Assembly (NCBI GenBank): GCA_030390025.1
Contig: CM059433.1
Location: 6,760,001-6,824,000, forward strand
Source of the DNA: Squalus acanthias
Lineage: Eukaryota
DNA length: 64,000 nt
Direction of reading: 5' to 3'
Numbering within the stretch: the first letter of the stretch is position 1; each line of letters starts with the position of its first letter. Both the position numbers and the translations under genes were made by a program. The notes beneath the pieces are model-generated. The model saw only the letters and a program-made list of their open reading frames with translations. It made no database searches and was not told where the DNA came from. Below, piece after piece: positions 60,160 through 64,000 of this stretch.

Positions 60160-61464
60160 GAATGAAAAATTGAAAGACTACAATATTAATGATAAAAACC
60201 ATTTAGCCCATCATGCCCATTCCTTCCACAGCCCATTATAGACTCTACTTAGTCCACTCAATCTCCTGGAGCAGAGGGAAGCAAACCACCACAGATCAGG
60301 CTCCAAGATAAAGCTCTGTGAACTGTCTCTCCAACTCCTGACCACTCTCCACCCCCCACCAAACCCCAAAGCAAAAGTCTAGAATACTAATACAAATGAA
60401 TAACCAACAATTACAGCACTGGCCACTGATGGTCCCTGCAGTGGATAAATCATGTTCTGTTTAGCTTCACCTTTTCATTCCTGTCACTGGTAAAAATAAA
60501 GTCACCAACGGTGCTCCCAGTTTTATCAGTGGGAGTGCACTTGATTGACAAGAGCTTCCTCCGAAGTCCACAACACTGCCTATCCCATCTGAAGGAGGGG
60601 GAACAGCTGCTTCTACCTGGAGGTCTTTTTCCCCCAGGAGGTGAGCACTTGTCATTAATAGTGCTCATCTCACCTCAGCGATCTGCGGATTTGCACTCGG
60701 TGTGGAAGCAGAAGGAAGGCAGTTCACCCTCGAGCAACTGACTAACCCAGGCTCGCAGAGGCTGAACCTGAGGATGCCCGAACTCCGAACATGAGGCAGC
60801 CCTCAAGCAGGAGAGCCAGCATACAGTAGAGTGGTGGGCATTGCTTCCCACCGCGCCCCAGATATAGTGGCCTCCTCTAACCAGCCTGATCCCAATGCTG
60901 CTGCTTCCACTCACAACCAGAGTCCCTGCCCCCTTTGGCCTCTAACTCGGCCACTGATGCTGCTATCTCTCTTCAAAAGATAATGTGCAAATCCTGCTTC
61001 AACAAGGAGCAAAGGGGATATCAGCCTGGCACTAAGGTAGAAAGAAATGATAATATCTGAATCCTGTCCATCGACGTGTTGGACAGTTTTATCAGGCCTT
61101 TTCTCATTCTATCTTCCTATGTCATTTTCCAGAGCTACAGACAATGAACGAGAGAGGAAGAGAGACCAGAAAACAACGAGAAGCAATGAGATAAAGAAGC
61201 AGACTGCACGCAGCAGAAAGGAGAGAGAAAAGAAAACTAACATCGCGCAGGACATGTTTGGCAATGTTTAGGGAAATTAGTCACTGGATTTAAGAGATTT
61301 CCTTTGACAATCTCTGGAAAATGCTTTTGAAATTACAAAAAGGGATTTTTTTTTTTAATTCAAATGATTTTATTGTAATAGACCTGCCCAGGCTCCTGCC
61401 TACACATTACTTTTTCACAATGACAGACTGAATCTATCCTCAGCTTACAGTTCAATTTTTTATT

Positions 61465-61797
61465 TTTATTCGTTCATGGGATGTGGAAGGCCAGCATTTA
61501 TTGCCCATCCCGAGTTGCCCTCGAGAAGGTGGTGGTGAGCCGCCTTCTTGAACCGCTGCAGTCCGTGTGGTGAAGGTACTCCCACAGTGCTGTTAGGGAG
61601 GGAGCTCCAGGATTTTGACCCAGCGACGATGAAGGAACAGGCCAATATATTTCCAAGTCAGGATGGCGTGTGACTTGGAGGGGAACTGGGAGGTGGTGGT
61701 GTTCCCATGCGTCTGCTGCCCTTATCCTTCTAGGTGGTAGAGGTCGCGGATTTGGGAGGTGCTTCCGAAGGAGCCCTTGGCGAGTTGCTGCAGTGCA
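61465..61797 (-). mobile_element. Same LINE family as 7663, 3' fragment
   Basis: Reverse complement of the 3' ~330 bp, with a T-rich start. Confidence 0.85.
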
Positions 61798-62579
61798 TAC
61801 TATCTAAAAGAATCATTTTAAGTGAAGTGACTTTCTTTATCAACATTTTACACTATCACCTTTCTCCTTTTTGAACCTTAAATGCAACTGGTATATTTTA
61901 AAAGGCTGATTCCTTTAACACATATGGAAAAGGGCTTTGCAAGTAGGACCATAAAATTGCTGAGCGTATAATTGGTTACAGAAATGACATTCCATGACCA
62001 CACCTCATTTTAAGCGTGCACCCCGAAGCTGTATCTGATTAACCCTCACACACCGAACTATTTTCTACCACAACTCTCCTCGTTCTCAGCACAGCCCCGC
62101 ATTGCTGCCAATAATGAGTCAACAAAACAATACAAATATCTCGTTTTAACCATTCGAGCGTTTAAGCTAAGATTATCATTCTGATTTTAAATATTCCACT
62201 CACTACATGTTTTTGGACAAGTGCCCTTTAGTTATCTATTCACTGGCACTGTGCTTTACTGCGCCCTGCTCCAGATCAATATCTGAAACATTAAGGAAAT
62301 AGTTATGGATGCTACCATAACAAAATACCTCATAGATGTGGTATCTTCAGAAATAAATGATCATGAAAAGTGCTTCCCACACTGGTTAAAGTGTCTCACA
62401 GGGCACTTTACCAGGTTTACATGAGGTGGAGGAGGGGAATGCTGTGATAGGATAGAAATGCCTGGGGTCACTGATCATGTCTGGTACCGCAAATTATCTT
62501 TTAATCAGTTTGAATAATAAAGATAAAAGAAAACTATACAGATCAGGCATGTTCCACATTTAATTCTGGTTCCCAAGGA

Positions 62580-63013
62580 AAGAAAAAAGAAAGACTTGCA
62601 TTTATATAGCGCCTTTCATGACCACCGGACGTCTCAAAGCGCTTTACAGCCAATGAAGTACTTTTTGAAGTGGAGTCACTGTTGGAATGTGGGAAACGCA
62701 GCAGCCAATTTGCGCACAGCAAGCTCCCACAGACAGCAATGTGATAATGACCAGATAATCTGTTTTTGTTATGTTGGTTGAGGGATAAATATTGACCCCT
62801 GGACACCGGGGATAACTCCCCTGTCCTTCTTCGAAATAGTGCCCATGGGATCGTTTACGCCAACCTGAGAGAGCAGACGGGGCCTTGGTTTAACGTCTCA
62901 TCCGAAAGACGGCACCTCCGACAGTGCAGCGCTCCCTCAGCACTGCACTTCACTGGAGTGTCAGCCTGGATTTATGTGCTCAAGTCGCTGGAGTGGGACT
63001 TGAACCCACAACC
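62580..63013 (-). mobile_element. Deu-domain SINE, slightly 5'-truncated
   Basis: Same family; B box present, A box missing. Confidence 0.85.
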
Positions 63014-63132
63014 TATGGAGTTAAAGTCTATTCCCAACAAGTTCGAAGTCAATCTTTGCGCTGAAAAAAAAATAAAAATTATCCAATAATTTGAATTAAG
63101 CAATGTAAGTAACTCAGCAAAGTGGGAACTTA

Positions 63133-63919
63133 TAACAACAACTTCTTGTACTTATACAGCACCTTTAACATAGAAAAATGTCGCAAAGCGCTTCACAAGA
63201 GGTGGAAGCAGAAAATGGACGGAGAGTCAAAAGGTGGCAATATTTAGGAGTGGTGACCAGAAGCTTCCTCAAAGGGGTGGGTTTTAAGGAGGGTCAAAGG
63301 ACAAGTTGGGGCTGGAGAGTTGGAGGTGTTCAGGGAGCAAATTCCAAAGCTGCCAATGGTGGGGGCGAGGGATGCACAAGAGGCCAGAGGAGTGCAGAGT
63401 TTCGGGGGGACGGGCCGGGGGGGGGGGGGGGGGGGGGGGGGGCGGTTGCAAGGCTGCTGGACATAACAGAGATTAAGAAGTAAGGCTATGCGGGGATTTA
63501 AACAACGGTGAGAATTTTAAATTTGAGGTATTGGGAAACAACGTAGATCAGCAATGACAGGAGTGATGGATGAGCAGGACTTGGTACAGGACAGGATACA
63601 GGCAGCAGAGTTTTGAACACTGAAGTTTACAAAGGGCGGAAGATGGGAGGCTGATCAGGAGAGCGTTGGAACGGTCAAACCTGGAATGGCAAAGGGATGG
63701 ATAAGGATGGGCTGAGGTAGAAGCGGAAGTGGGCAATATTTACTGAGGTGGAAGTAGGCAATCTTGGTGTTGGAGAAGACCTGGGGTTGGAAGCTCAGCT
63801 TGGGGCTGAATACAATTTCAAGGTTGTTAACAGTCTTGTTCGTGCGTAAGACAGTGGCCGGCGAGGGCGATGGAATCAGTGGCAGAGGTCCAGTGTTTGT
63901 GGTGGGGGCTGGAGACAAT
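63133..63919 (-). mobile_element. Old L2 fragment
   Basis: Degenerate LRTNKTVNNLEIVFSPKLSFQPQVFSNTKIAYFHL and an L2-type tail near 63135. Confidence 0.7.
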
Positions 63920-64000
63920 GGGCTGGATTTTGATACTGGGGCGGGTTGTGGTCGTGTTATCCACCCGACTGCAATTGGATGTGGGAGATTGATGCAATTT
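63920..64000. mobile_element. Left end of a second copy of the 13115 MITE (runs off the window)
   Basis: 81 bp nearly identical to 13115-13195, again preceded by AAT. Confidence 0.8.

Overview
Vertebrate genomic DNA, almost certainly from a cartilaginous fish (shark), judged from its repeat families: Deu-domain SacSINE1-like SINEs, HE1-like V-SINEs, and abundant CR1, L2 and Penelope fragments. The only host gene is grainyhead-like 1 (GRHL1) on the minus strand. Seven coding exons (orthologous exons 2-8; 187, 68, 382, 77, 157, 112 and 95 bp) have GT-AG borders and join in frame. Exon 1 is not securely identified, and exon 9 onward was not found (intron 8 >23.6 kb). The rest is intron densely filled with transposon relics: CR1, L2, a third poly(A)-tailed LINE, three SINE families, PIF/Harbinger MITEs and a decayed Harbinger transposase, a Tigger/pogo-like MITE, a 17-bp minisatellite and microsatellites. 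The most striking signal is a set of very short Penelope-derived insertions from two families. They carry minimal hammerhead-ribozyme motifs (CTGANGA-stem-GAAA), have 10-15 bp target-site duplications, and mostly form fold-back palindromes with a shared endpoint. Almost all ORFs in the supplied track are TE remnants or spurious. No CRISPR, rRNA or genuine tRNA genes were found.
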